Shown here: piece after piece, positions 25,868 to 40,540 of the stretch | Numbering within the stretch: the stretch's first letter is position 1 | Layout of the letters: each line of letters begins with the position of its first letter | Assembly: GCA_951406725.2 (NCBI GenBank) | Contig: OX597836.1 | Coordinates: 4,340,001 to 4,404,000 of the forward strand | Reading direction: 5' to 3' | DNA length: 64,000 bases | Source: Octopus vulgaris | Lineage: Eukaryota | Position numbers and translations under genes: made by a program | The notes under the pieces: generated by a model | Told to the model about the DNA's origin: nothing | What the model saw: the letters and a program-made list of their open reading frames with translations, nothing else | The model's database searches: none

Positions 25868-27137
25868 CATACATACATGTTACTACATACATACAAACAT
25901 AGAGCTCTACAAATTTCAGCTGTGAAATAACTGAGCATAAACACTGGGGCATGCCTACGTTTATTCAACTATACAAATACACACTCACACACACACACAC
26001 ACACACACACATAAAGACACACACACACACATATTTTTATATACAACAACAGGGAATAAAAAATGGAGGAGCGTAATTCTTCTTCTCCAAGCGCATGTTA
26101 AATGTCATTGCAAAAATCAAGACTTCTCTGTTATAATTCAATTTCCAAGAGCTTGTGATTTTCGAGAGAAAACATCTAAATTGTAATTTCTTTCCATATT
26201 TTATTTCTTTAATTCTAATTTTGGGATTTTCGCTTGAATTCTCTTTCGTCAATTGAATTAGAGCTCCCACATTTTTGGGTAAAAAATTATTTTCATTAAA
26301 CTTAATTTTGTTGAATTGAATTTGTTCCTTTTGGCTTTTTGTTTTTATTGTTGCTGTCTATATTTTTGTTCTTGCTTTTGTTGCTTAACCCGATCCCAAG
26401 TCTGACTGAGCCGGTCTTTTATCCAAGAATTCCTAAACAATACAGTCCCGCTTTTTCTTTTCTTTATGGTGCTATGTTTCTGAAAATATTAGCCAGCACG
26501 TCGTTTCTTTTGAGACGGTAGACTTTGATAAGAGGGAAGGTTAGCTCCTATGGATAGCAGGTCAAATGACACTAAAGGAAATTCAATTACCAATTTGGGG
26601 GTCTACGGGAATTAATCTTAAATACCATGGACATTTTCCATCAAACATATTCACTTTGTGCTTGAGGCATATTTAGCTGTTTGTGTGCGAATGTTCCTCA
26701 ACTGGCTCACTTAAATTGACTGCATGGAAAACTCATTAGATTAATTTCCATTGTATAAGAAACGTACATTGAGACGTTCAACATGTCGACACGGGCTGAT
26801 TATAGATTCAAATGAAATATTAAATATATACACAAAAGTGAGCGCAAACGTACGTTCGTGTCGCAGACACATTATGTTCGATTCAGTGTGCATTGCATAG
26901 CATTTGGGCAAATTACTTCCACTCAAGATCCGAATTGACTACTGCCTTAAAAATGTTACCTTAAACATAAACACATAATCCTGTGTACCTACTTAGAAGC
27001 GTACGGAAAACTTGCTTCTCTCGGTCGAGGGCATATATGCCCCCTTATTAGACTATTTTCTTTAGTCATTATGCGGTGATCGCTATAAGATTTAAGCTCA
27101 CAAACACACATAAACACACACAAACACACAAGCACAC

Positions 27138-27170
<33 letters not shown>

Positions 27171-27601
27171 GACATATATATATATATATTAATATTAGTA
27201 TATCGCTAAGGTATAGCGAGAAAGCTTTGATGAAGTTACAAAATGTTATCCAGGAACTCAACTAAAAGCACACCACAATAGCAGAAGCAGCAGTAAGCTA
27301 ATGGAATTCAATACATAACTTTTGCTTTTTTACGCCGTCATCTCTTTTTCCTACATACACACACATACACTCAAAGAAACATCACAGCATGTTCTTTTAT
27401 CTATCTCCTTGCCTTCTTGGAGGTTTCAGGTAAAATTATACTGATGTGTCCATCTATTTTAATTCAATTATATTCTATGTCTTTGTGCAGCTGAGGATCG
27501 CTCTGCATTTAAATTGATGAAATGGTTGCATTGTTCAATTAAAGGGAGTCGCCTGAAACGCTCGTACTACATTTCCTCTGGAAATCCTGTTGCTTATTTT
27601 G

Positions 27602-27640
<39 letters not shown>

Positions 27641-27938
27641 CTAGCTTGACAATCTCTTTAGCGCAGTTTACGTCTCTGTACGTTACTGACACTATAAAAA
27701 AGAAAATATTTTAGAATGTACACCAGATTTAACGTATCAGTAATTCTATCTATTCGATTGTCTAAGCTCACCAAGATGGTTTCCCACCATCGCTTCATGC
27801 GTAGGTATACAGTAACGATAATTTAGTGGGGGGAATGCAAATCTTTTTCGTGTAATTCATCGTTGATATTGAAATGAGTTCGCATCAGGTTCTATATTCT
27901 CGATTGCATGTATTCAGTTCGATATTAGAGAATATATA

Positions 27939-28557
27939 CTAGGGGTGGGGTTCTGAAAAGTTCCGGGTTTTAAGGATATCGCGAAAGGCCTGATAGGAGG
28001 TTCAAACTTCCGAGTTCTTTTACAGGGTTTAGCAAAACCGAAGGACGACAGCAGTAAGTGTAAGAATTTGAGAGGAGAATATGTTAAAAAATTAATTCAA
28101 CCTGGCGCAGGAGTGGCTGTGTGGTAAGTAGCTTGCTAACCAACCACATGGTTCCGGGTTCAGTCCCACTGCGTGGCATCTTGGGCAAGTGTCTTCTGCT
28201 ATAGCCCCGGGTCGACCAATGACTTGTGAGTGGATTTGGTAGACGGAAACTGAAAGAAGCCTGTCGTATATATGTATATATATGTATGATGTATGTGTGT
28301 GTGTGTGTTTGTTCCCCTAGCATTGCTTGACAACCGATGCTGGTGTGTTTACGTCCCCGTCACTTAGCAGTTTGGCAAAAGAGACCGATAAAATAAGTAC
28401 TGGGCATACAAAGAATAAGTCCCGGGGTCGATTTGCTCGACTAAAGGCGGTGCTCCAGCATGGCCGCAGTCAAATGACTGAAACAAGTAAAAGAGTAAAA
28501 GAGTAAAGAGTTGCATATTCTTTTACCCATAGCCAGGAACTTTTCAACATCCCTTCA
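27939..28557 (+). mobile_element. Internally deleted mariner-like element interrupted by a family B SINE
   Basis: Termini ta-ctaggggtggggttctgaaaagttccggg and gccaggaacttttcaacatcccttca-ta are inverted. 28056-28088 translates KCKNLRGEYVK, like a mariner transposase C-terminus. Confidence 0.8.
28104..28510 (+). mobile_element. Full-length SINE family B (CORE-type)
   Basis: tRNA-like head, CORE-like cttgggcaagtgtcttct, internal TA/TG tract, (aaagagt)n tail. Confidence 0.95.
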
Positions 28558-29889
28558 TAGAATGTATGTCAGTAGAAATATTTAATATCTCTCAGAAGGT
28601 CACAAGACTTTTAAATCTTTTAGTTTTGAAGTCTTCCTGTCTGTTCTTATCAATTCGCCATTTCTAGAACTAGCTAATTCCGATACGTTCCTTTTGGCAT
28701 TCTTCTATCCGTACCTTCGTACCGTTTTATCTTGTCAACAGTCTCTCAGTTCATTCTTGTCATCTAATTATTTTTCTTACTTTTCTCCTCTATCATTAAA
28801 TCCAATTGTACTTTTTTTTAATATTTTTTATTCCTAATTACCATTCTCTATTCCTAACCCTAATTTCATATTTATCATTTACTCTTATTTTATATAATTT
28901 TTTAGCTCTTTTAAATTCTTAATCTTATGATTCTTCTTATGATTCTGTATTCCATTTATCAATATTGTTATTTATTCTTTCTCTTTTTCAGGTTTCTTGT
29001 TTATATTTTGTTTTCCTCCCTTGATTGGCGAAATATCTTCGAAAATATTGTTTTCCTCGACTCCAAATTGTCTATGTATTTCTTTATATTTTATTATTTT
29101 TAAAACACTTTTTTCTTTATAGTAATTTTTGCTACTCATTTCTATTTTTCTTCCTATAATTATATTACGTTATCTCGTTAACGGTTAATTTTCTTCTGAT
29201 CACTAATTTCATAATCGTTTATATTAAAATTCTGACTTTCTTTCTATTTCGTTTTGAGTATGATTCTTTATATACGGGCGTTCTATTCAACTGTTTAACC
29301 TTTCCATACTTTTATCTGAGGAGATGGTTTTTCTTTCTGTTTAGAACAACTGAAACGACCACAATGAAAGCAACATGAAACAAATGTTAGTAGATTCACC
29401 ATAATCCGGTGATTTTATTGTGATACCATATCTCAATGGTTGTCAACCAATGTTCAAGTACGTATCACGTACCCCGGAGACAGCAGATGTAGAGACATCA
29501 AACTTGATCATCAAATGTAGCTTTGGTATTTCATTTTGTTTATGCTCGGGGTCTAAAACCTCAGAAAATACTTCATATCAAGTGGCACAAACTAGATTAC
29601 TAAATTCATACGAACCCGGGACCTCAGTAGAGACAAATTCGCCGTTTCCATGTCCAGATGTACTGCTTCTGGCCGCTATGTTTTATAAAATATGATAATA
29701 ACTTAGATAGGTTTCCGGTTAACTTTTTTTTCTAATCTCTAAGCATTTTCGGATGAATTCGGAATTAACATCATCCAGGTAATAATCAATTCCTGATGAG
29801 ATGGTTTATTAGAGGGAGGCCACGTATTGCTTAATCGCGAACATCCTGAACAAGTAATCCACTCCAATAACGTTATTAATATTCTTTTC

Positions 29890-30088
29890 TTCTCTCGGCA
29901 CAAGGCCCGAAATTTTGTGGGAAAGGGCCAGTCGATGAAATCGATCCCAGTAGTACGCAACTGGTACTTAATTTACCGACCCCGAAACAATGAAAGGCAA
30001 AGTCGTCTTCGGCGGAATTTGAACTAAGAACGTAAAGACAGACGAAATACCTCTTAGCATTTCTCCCGGCGTGCTAACGTGTCTGCCT
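29890..30088 (-). mobile_element. SINE family A, short-tail type
   Basis: ggcacaaggcccgaaatttt...aactggtactta...ggcggaatttgaact...cccggcgtgctaacg. Confidence 0.88.
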
Positions 30089-31276
30089 TATAACGTTATT
30101 AGTATTGTTATTTCTTATATAGTTGAAGAGTTGGTGTTACCCATGACATCTTACTTAGTCTCTGAGACTAGGGAGTGAATGAAAATTGCTGATGAGACCC
30201 ATCCTATAATCCTCACGCTAGTGCATACTCTGTTATAATTATTCAAGCAAGTGTTAAACCAAACGATTGATTAATTATTTCACAAAAGTGTTGGAGAAAT
30301 ATTTCACGTAAAACTATACGGCTGCCATACGGCAGTTTCTTTTATTAAACACAGCTGCAAAAGGTGTCGAGACGTAGAATGGAACACAAAACCAAAATGG
30401 AACGATAACAGAACCATTCCTGCGTCAATTATATTTACAAATTATAAACCTATTCCTCTGCCCTTTATACAACCTCTATCTCGTTCCCAGAATTGGCAAT
30501 GTAACAAAATGCTAATGTTCTACATTGTTCTGCCAAGTTCTGACTTCGTTTTAGGCCTGGACATTCACCAGACCCGAACGAACCCTATTAAATATTCATG
30601 GCACATTTACAAAAGGAAATCAGTATTCAAGTAAACCTGAAATCAAAATATTTCTATTTGTGGTTGTTCATGTAATAATTACAACCTCCATTACAGATGT
30701 TTGTTTGCGGCTGTCAGAATTATAACTGATGTAGCGAGAAGGACGGTTGTCATAATCGTTAGATCGTCGGGCAAAAATCATTAGGTATTTCTTGCGGTTA
30801 TTTACCTTCTGAGTTCGAATATTGCTCAGGTCAAGTTTAACTTTCACCCTATCGGGTTCAAATGCTTTAGACCTGACCAGATTTAAGAATTCTTTTTATC
30901 GAATTGTTTTCCATTATTGCATGGTAAGATGAAGAACTGGTAGTTATTTGTAGCCTATCAGTATTTTCTCTAATTTTACAAGTTGGAGGTGAAAATTCCG
31001 ATGAAATCAACTTTGTTTTAATTAGCGAGATTTAAATACATTGATTTTCTCAGTCGTATTATCTGTTCATATCTCACATCGCCTCAAACGTTTTGGATTT
31101 CTACTACCAGGTCTTTACTTTCAGAGTTCAAATTACAGCGATGTAAATTTTGTTTTTCGTCCAATCAAGGTCGATAAAATAAAGACCCAGACCAGTGCTA
31201 GAATCGATATAAAACAGCACCACCTACCAAAATTGCTCGTAAAGAAGTTTACATTTGTAGGGATCTTATCTAAGCG

Positions 31277-31292
31277 GGCATCAGTTTTGCGC

Positions 31293-31381
<89 letters not shown>
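31277..31381. repeat. (TA)n microsatellite
   Basis: Direct reading. Confidence 0.97.
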
Positions 31382-31387
<6 letters not shown>

Positions 31388-32119
31388 AATACATATGCAC
31401 GTGTGAGTGCCTGTCTTTCTTTATATAGTTATGTATGTATAGGTTTGTGTATACATTCCCTATTTATGTGGTGTCGTTATATTGCTTGCGTGAGTTGATT
31501 AATTACAAATAGTTGGTGTCAGTGATTCTCTAATTTTCTTTCAGTCAAGCTTATACGTGGCTTCTTCTTTCAAATATTTACGTAACAGACAGCTAGAGAT
31601 GATATGTCATAGAATATTAAGAGCCGCTGGGTTTATTGTCACATCGGTAATCCTTTTCTCTCTTCTATCTCGTACTACGCGCTATTCAATGAAGCTCACC
31701 ATCATCATCATGGTCGTCGTCGTCGTCGTCTTCATCATCGTCATCCTCATCATCGTCATCCTCGTCTTCATCATCGTCGTCATCATCATCGTTATCATCA
31801 TCATCAACAACAACCTCATCGAAATTACGATAAGCTAAAAAATATGAACAACATATCCATCTCCTATTTTCGCCATATTTCCTTCATCAGCGTAACAAAA
31901 GCAATAATCATTTCTATTATATAGGCACAAGGCCTATAAGGACGGGCACTCAGTCTATAATATCAAGGACGGGTAACCAGTCGATAATATCAACCAAGGG
32001 TCTTTTCATTGGTTCTTGTTTCATCCTCAGCAAAATTTAAACTTGGAATTTAAGGAGCCAAAATTTGCTGTTGCACATTTTTTCCGGCACACTAACGATT
32101 GCTACCGAAAATACAAAAA

Positions 32120-32602
32120 TACTCAACTGGTACTTAATTCATCGATCCCGAATTTGAACTAAGAATGTAGCGGCAGATGAAATACCTGTTTCTTTACTAC
32201 CCACAAGGGGCTAAACAGAGGGGACAAACAAGGACAGACAAAGTGATTAAGTCGATTACATCGACCCCAGCGCGTAACTCGTACTTATTTAATCGACTCC
32301 GAAAGGATGAAAGGCAAAGTCGACCTCGGCGGAATTTGAACTCAGAACGTAGCGGCAGATGAAATACTTATTTCTTTATTACCCACAAGGAGCTAAACAT
32401 AGAGGAGACAAACATGGACAGACAAACAGATTTAGTCGATTATATCGCCCCCCCAATGCGTAACTGGTACTTGTTTAATCGATCCCGAAAGGATGAAAGG
32501 CAAAGTCGACCTCGGCGGAATTTGAACTCAGAACGTAACGGCAGACGAAATACCGCTTAGCATTTCGCCCGGCATGCTAACGTTTCTGCCAGCACGCCGC
32601 CC
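32120..32602 (-). mobile_element. Tandem stack of family A SINEs: one full copy plus two headless units (182-bp period)
   Basis: Junctions gaaatac|ctgtttctttactacccacaagg at 32185 and gaaatac|ttatttctttattacccacaagg at 32367. Confidence 0.92.
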
Positions 32603-32669
<67 letters not shown>

Positions 32670-34569
32670 GGAGAAGAAGAAGAAGAAGGAGAAGAAGAAT
32701 AAGAAGGAGGAGGAGGTGGAGGAAGAAGAAGAAGAAGATCTAATACTTACGCATGGAACTCTAATGGATAACTGCCACTTTTAGACATGCAACTTCACCT
32801 TTCCAGTCCCCGCTAAGCATAGGGTCCTTCCCTTCACAGATATAAAGCCACATTTTTTTGCACTACACCACTTGATCATTACCCCTATTTGTGATACAGA
32901 TCACGGAACCCCAAAAGAATACGCTCGAGTAGAAGCTGAAATGCAGAGATTAATACACTCGTATCAGACAATGAAACACACGAGTTTCTAAGAAAGAAAA
33001 ATATATATATTTCTTGAACGCGATTACGTATGATTTATATCATGAAGACTTTGTATTCTTTCCTCTTTTCTTTTTGTATTTTCATTTAATTTGAGTTCTT
33101 AAGATATTAAAAATTATTTTAATCAAATGTGTTTCAGTTTCAATTGTTATTGTTTCTAGTACATGTTACGTAGGTATTATTTATATAACCATTGCATATC
33201 GTACCTGTCATCTTCCGTTCATATATTCGTGTTGATGCGTTCACTAACATAAGGAAAATCACTTAAAGAAAACCAAGTAAAAAACAAAATTTACGAATAT
33301 CAGAAAATCGTGATATTTTCACCATTTATTTTTTCAATATTTTATTCCAGTTTTCACCAGTTTGTGCAGTTTAATATAAGGGGAAATATTATATTTCTTA
33401 TTTCATGTTCAATACCTTGTTTTGGGAAGCTTTAAATAACTTGATGTTATTCTGAGTTGGAGGGGAACGAGAGATTCACCTGTCGATTGAACAGTATTTA
33501 GGTGATTGCTAACCAATATCCTTGCTTTGAAGTAACTGGAAGCGATTTATAATCGAGAACTGAGCGTAAGATGTCGTTTTGCTTTACCCAAACAACATAA
33601 GGAAATTATGACCTACGCATTGCTGTTAAGATTTTTCTCCAATATTTAGGCCCATGACACACGAGGCTGAAGATAAACGATCTTGGCTAAGATACTTTGG
33701 TTTTCAGAGAAAGTTTGTCTCGTAGCTCCATCCAAAATCGCACATAAACTACTCATCTTCAATGGTCACATCGTATTGTCTGGTCATTCTACGATATAAA
33801 GGCGAGAACAATTCAGATATGACCTCCTTGGCCAATACTGTTCACAGTCACCATTGTGTGTCTTTGGTCAAATTATTCGCGAACAATTTTTATATTAGGT
33901 TGTAGCTAACTATTTCGGCTTTCCGTTGGGCTCTGTAATCCGTACTAAATAGCCTCCTGTCAAGCTCATTCAGGGATAATAGTTATCGGTCAAGTAATTA
34001 CTCTTAATCTTCACCAAGTTAATTAATCACCAAGTGAATCCCTCTTCACGATCAAAGGTAAATAAAGCTGCTTGAAACAGGTATTGAACTTATGTCAAAA
34101 AATAAAACTTTTCTTTCTCTAGAAAATGTCGAATATGAGACTAAAATGTTGAAAAAATAAAAAAAGTGTAAATTACACAACTTTCTTACATTCGGAAAAT
34201 TTCTTCATGGTTTTCTCCAAGTTTCTTTGCTTATTTTATTGAATACATCGAAACAAATATAATAACGTAAAATTAGACATATAGAATATATGAGGAATTC
34301 CAAATAACATTTATGTGAAAAAAATAGCTGGAACTAAAATTTATTTGCTTCAAATTATTTGCGAATTTATCAAAACCAAATGAAATTTAATGGTTATAAA
34401 AGAAAAGAATGGTGAGAGTTTAAATCACGAGGAACTACTGTCGAAACATTTTTATTTGTGTTTGATTTTGTTTCTAAAGAATTATAATTGTTTAATTACA
34501 TTTCTTGTGCACCTGTTCATATTTCTACATTCCAAAATATAAGTTTTTCTCTTTTATCTTTTAGTTATT

Positions 34570-34915
34570 TCAGGCTTTAGACTGCGGTCATGCTGGAGTA
34601 ATCGAAAGAATGGAGTCCGGTATTCATTTTTTAAGGAATTATTTTGTCGGTCATTTGCCGAACTGGTACGTTATGAGACGTAAACAAACCAACGCCGGTT
34701 CTCAAGCGATGGTGAGGGGCAAATGCACAGACGCACGCATAGATATATATGTACGTAAGGATTCTTTTCAGTTTCCGTCTACTAAGTCTACTCACAATGT
34801 TTTGCTTGAACCGAGGCTAGAGTAGACGAGGCTATACTAGAAGCCGTGGGTACCACGTTGTGGGACTGAAGCAGGAACGAATTGGTTCGGAACAATGCTT
34901 CTTACGACAACCTAT
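34570..34915 (-). mobile_element. Decayed SINE family B
   Basis: gactgcggtcatgctggag...tttcagtttccgtctactaa...tgggactgaa. Confidence 0.8.
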
Positions 34916-34987
34916 TTGCTCATGTTTTCTTTTAGGTTTCAGACCAATGTTCTGGAGATTGGCGCATGATTTGTATCCGTAAATGAG

Positions 34988-35335
34988 TTATTACATCCGC
35001 TAAGGCGCATTTAATAACTCATTTGTGTTTGTTTGTTTGACCTTGGACAAGATATCTCAAGAACAGCTGGATGGATTCGAATGAAACTTTCATAGATCTT
35101 TGACCTTGTGACTGGAACGAACTGATTAGATTTCGGGATCGATCCGGTACCGGACAATGACTCTCGATTATCTTTCCTTTTTTTGGTTACTTAATTATTG
35201 AGAATGGTTGGGTTCATTTTTAGTATTCTCATTTGTGAGAGCAGTCGATTTTATTTCAGGTATACTTAATTTAAAAGTCAACTCCGGCTAATCGTTGAGA
35301 GGACGTTGGTGTTGCCTTGACGGAAGTTCTTGCTG
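34988..35335 (+). mobile_element. Helentron-associated non-autonomous element (HINE/DINE-like)
   Basis: Starts in a T-rich site. Subterminal inverted repeat acatccgctaagg / ccttgacggaagt, a (gttt)n tract, the ggatggattcgaatgaaacttt motif and the palindrome gatccggtaccgga. Confidence 0.65.
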
Positions 35336-36792
35336 TGTTTGTTCTCTCCAAGCCTTTTGGACAGAAACACTTGCCTCTTTACAGCATATGTAGCAGCGGG
35401 GATTTTTTCTCATCAATTGCACGAGGCATAACTCGGGGCATTTGCGTTTTCCCGATCTGGACGTCTATCTTCATGGGAGCAATCTCATGACATATCGCCT
35501 AAGTTTAACACGACATGAATAACCGTTTCGTACACTTTTAAGGGAAAGTGACCATAAGTATGATTATTTAGCAGAATCTGTTGAGCACCGGATTAAACCC
35601 TTTGTCACATTAGGTCTGGTTCTCTATATTCTTATTTCGAACCCTGCACACCTCATATTTGCCTTGCATTTTGGCGGTGCCCCTGCATGGTAAGAAACTT
35701 TCATCTGAAAGGCATAAAAACGTATAAGAATAAGCAAAGAACTGATGCCATGACCAATGTCTTTATTTTCTAAATTACTCTGGAACCAGCACGTTGCACT
35801 CTTTTGCTCGTGTCGTTTCCCCATCACAGTTTTCGAGATAATGCAGTCGAAAATAATATAATTACTAAATTATTAAAGAAGCAACTTTGAGATGAATATA
35901 TATTAACTTGTATTTGTTATTTCTCTCTGTTTTCGATAATATTCATTTGAGACTACAATATTTCTAATAAGGCTTGACTTTCGTCCGTGTGGGTTCTACA
36001 TTGTTTACTTCGAGAATACTTAAGCATTTTTATATCTGTTTTCAGTCTAATTCTTTATCGTATATTTCAGATTTCTCGTCTATAACATTAGAGATTTCTT
36101 ATTTTTTAATTAATTTCCCTTCTTCAGTTTTCCAAAACAAATCTGATGCCAATTTCCCTACAGCATCCGTTCTTTGTATACAACGTATTTACTATTTCTT
36201 TATTATCTACAGTATACAACAAGAAGTAAAAAAAATAGTTAATTTATCATACCGTAAGAACTGTATTGTGTTTTTATCCTCTTTGTTTTATCGTTCTGGT
36301 TTACAGTTTTTGCACCAGACAAAATGAAAAGGAGTGGAATATTTCCATTACAATTTTGTTGGCCTTTGCGTTTTGATTTTGCTCTGCACTTCAATTTTGT
36401 TGCTTGGTTCGAAGCAATTATCCGACCTCTCTATAATATAACTGGTGTTAACAGCTTTGTATATAAATTCTCAAACCTCAAATGCAGTGTATTGTACAAA
36501 ACAGTTTATACAAGCCATGTTTTGACTAGGTTGGTAAGCGAGCTAGAAGTAGCAGCTTCATTTTTTTTAAAGTTACTGTTTCAAGATGAAATGGAAATTG
36601 CATCATATCCTATTCATTGGTCATGGTGTCATTGTTGTTTTCAAGAGGGTAGTCTATATTTATTTAGTTCAATTTATGGACAACAGTCTAATAAAAATTA
36701 GATTCTTCGTCAGGAATTTTATAATGGCATGAATAATTATGACCCCCCCCCAAAAAAAACAAATATAGAAAGAACTTTCATAGCCCTCTTTG

Positions 36793-36826
<34 letters not shown>

Positions 36827-36869
36827 TTGTGTGTGTGTTTGCCTGTGTGCGTATGTGCATGTGTGTATA

Positions 36870-37092
36870 TATGTGTGCGTCTTTGTATTTGTGTTTGCCT
36901 CCACCACCGCTTGACAACCGGTTTTACCTAGCCGTTCGACAAAAGTGATCGATCAAATAAATGGCAGGCTGTTACGAAATAAGAGCTGGGATCGGTTCAT
37001 TCGATTCAAACAAAAAAATGAAAAAAAAAAATTAATTCTCCAATGCGGTGCCCCAGTATGGCCGCAGACTAATAACTAAAGCTAGTAGAAGA
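36870..37092 (+). mobile_element. 3' half of SINE family B
   Basis: accaccgcttgacaaccgg...gcggtgccccagtatggccgcag. Confidence 0.75.
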
Positions 37093-37414
37093 TACGAGGT
37101 AAAAGATATAACATTCTTATCTCCTTCCTCCCTTCCCCTCATTCTTTAATTTCTTTCGCCATTTTTAAGTAAGCCGTCGCACAAATTGCAACGTGTTTTT
37201 GTAACGTACACTTCATTAGTCATTCTAGTCACAGCCAGATACCACTCCTCCTTCTCCTCCTCCTCCCCTCTCCTACCCCTCCTCCTCTTCCTGTACCTCT
37301 TCTCTTTTCTTTAACATTGATAATCCGCTGCTTCCTTTGGTGCTGTGTTTGTCCACTAATTTTTCTGCTTGTGATTATTTGTAATAAGAATGAAAATTGG
37401 TAATCGCTGTAAAG

Positions 37415-37456
37415 ATGAGGATGATGATGATGAAGTTGATGATGCTGAGGGGGATG

Positions 37457-37489
<33 letters not shown>

Positions 37490-38005
37490 TTGAAGATGGT
37501 GAAGATGATGATGATGATGATGATGATGATGACGATGGCGATGATGATGATGATGGTGGTGATAATGATTATGACGACAACGTCGATGGTGATGACGATG
37601 TTGATGATGATGGTGGTGGTGGTAGTGGTGGCGGTGAAGGTAGGGGGTGATGATTATGATGATGACGATGACGACGACGACGATGGTGATGATGATGACG
37701 ATGGTCGTGATGGTGGTGGTTATGGTAGGGCTGATGATGATAAAGATGGTGATATTGGAAGCGGTGGTGGTAGTAGTGGTAGTGGTGGTGGTAGTAGTGA
37801 TGATAAATACTACGACGATGGTTTTGTGGGAGGAGAAGGCGAAACAGTTCATATGTTAAGGACTGTGCTGGTGGTGACCATCATGCACAGCATCCCTATC
37901 ATCATCATCATCATCATCATCATCACAACATCCAACACCCCCACCGCCACTGCCACCACCACTACCACCAACATCATCACCACCACAACCGTCATCATCA
38001 TCTCA
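37415..38005. repeat. Degenerate (GAT/GGT)n and (CAT/CAC)n tracts
   Basis: Direct reading. Confidence 0.9.
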
Positions 38006-38060
38006 TCACTTTTTACATACTGATTTAATCCTCATGCTCATAGAAATCTTGATAAAACCC

Positions 38061-38830
<770 letters not shown>

Positions 38831-39974
38831 TTATCAATAGTATTCTAAACTTTACCGATGTTGATGTTGATGATGACTGCACTTGATGAAGATTTGGTGC
38901 CAACGTTCCGCTGCTGCTGCTGCTGCCGCTACCGTTACTGTTAATGATGGTAATGATGATGATGATGATTATGATGTTTATGATGATTATGATGAAGATG
39001 TTGATATTCTAGAAAGAGAGAACGATAATGTAATAAATCAAAATAAAATAAATACAAAAAACAAATCGTAAAAAAATTAATTTAATTTTATTATTTTTAT
39101 CTCTGTTTTACTTTTAATTTTGTTTGTTCTTTATATTCCATGATTAAGGTACCAAAAAGTAAATATTTTACTATTTTTATATATATATATATTTGTCTGT
39201 AATTTTTTTTATAATAATTTATAAAATCTTTGTTAAATGTTTAGTTTTCATGAACGTATTTTTGTTTATTGTTTTTTTTTCTTTGTTTTATGCTGGTTGT
39301 TATTCGTGTTTTCGTTTTTGTTTTTTTTTGCTTTTGGAGTGTTTTCATTGTCATTCATTCTCCGAAATTCATTTCGAATTTTCAGCTTTGTTTAATTAGA
39401 AATTGTAATTTTCATTTGAATTCCAATATCATTCACGATTTGAAAACTTCAAATAGTAATATAATCCAAAAATTAATCATTAACCTGAATTTTATTTCCT
39501 TTGTATATTGATTTGCCATTTTTTTTTCGTTAGAATTTTTGGTTTTCTTTCTAACAATTCTATAAAAAAAAGTCAGAATTATTTTATGTCATGGTATTGC
39601 TGTTGTTGTTGTTGTTGTTTTTGCACGTTCTTTGTTGTTAATGATGTAGATTGTTCTTTAGCCCCGAGACTGCCATATTCACGAAGATTGAGGAACAAAA
39701 CCGTAGCAGACGTAGTCACCGGTGTTTCGCTTTTTTTTCGTTTTAGAAATATTAAGATACGTTGTTCTTTTTCACAAGACGTCAGTGTATAATTTTTTTT
39801 TAAAATTCCCCTGATAATTCCAGATTAGCTAATTGAATGACACCGTTGATACCCGATAATACTGTTGTCGTTCATGATGATTTGAGTTCAGAACCAAATG
39901 TAGACCTTCACCAGAGGAAAGTTCATTTGTTTACAAAACTTTTCTGTAGTACAGAAAATTCAAAAATATTGGCT

Positions 39975-40120
39975 TAAAATATTGGCACCTAACAGCAAGA
40001 TCGGGGGAAGAGGTAAGTCGATTATATCGATCTCAGTTCTCAACTGGTACTTAGGTTGTCGAACCCGGAGGGCGATTGGCAAAGTGGGTCTCGGTGGATT
40101 TTGAGCTCAGAAAATCCGTA
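39975..40120 (-). mobile_element. Decayed SINE family A
   Basis: taagtcgattatatcgatctcagttctcaactggtactta...ggcaaagtgggtctcggtggattttgagctcagaa. Confidence 0.75.
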
Positions 40121-40436
40121 ATTTTTTTTATATCTGTAAAACCGTATGTTAATGTTTGTTATAATGTCTTGGCATACCAGCCATCGCCACAAAAGTGGCG
40201 GAATTTTAGGAAACATTTCAAAATCACTGCCCTAACTTCTTGTAAAACCTCTCTCTCATTCTCAATCTCTCTCTCCCTCTCACCTTGTCTTCTCTTTCTA
40301 TCTATCTATTTATCTATCTATCTACCTTTCTGTCTTTAACTCTCTGTATGTTTTTTCCACAATAGTACATGTAGTTATGTTGTATACCGGCATTTAATTT
40401 ATACGTATCTACCTGTCTGCCTGGTCTATATATCTG

Positions 40437-40447
40437 TCTATCTATCC

Positions 40448-40530
<83 letters not shown>

Positions 40531-40540
40531 CATCTATCCG
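40437..40540. repeat. (TCTA)n microsatellite
   Basis: Direct reading. Confidence 0.95.
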
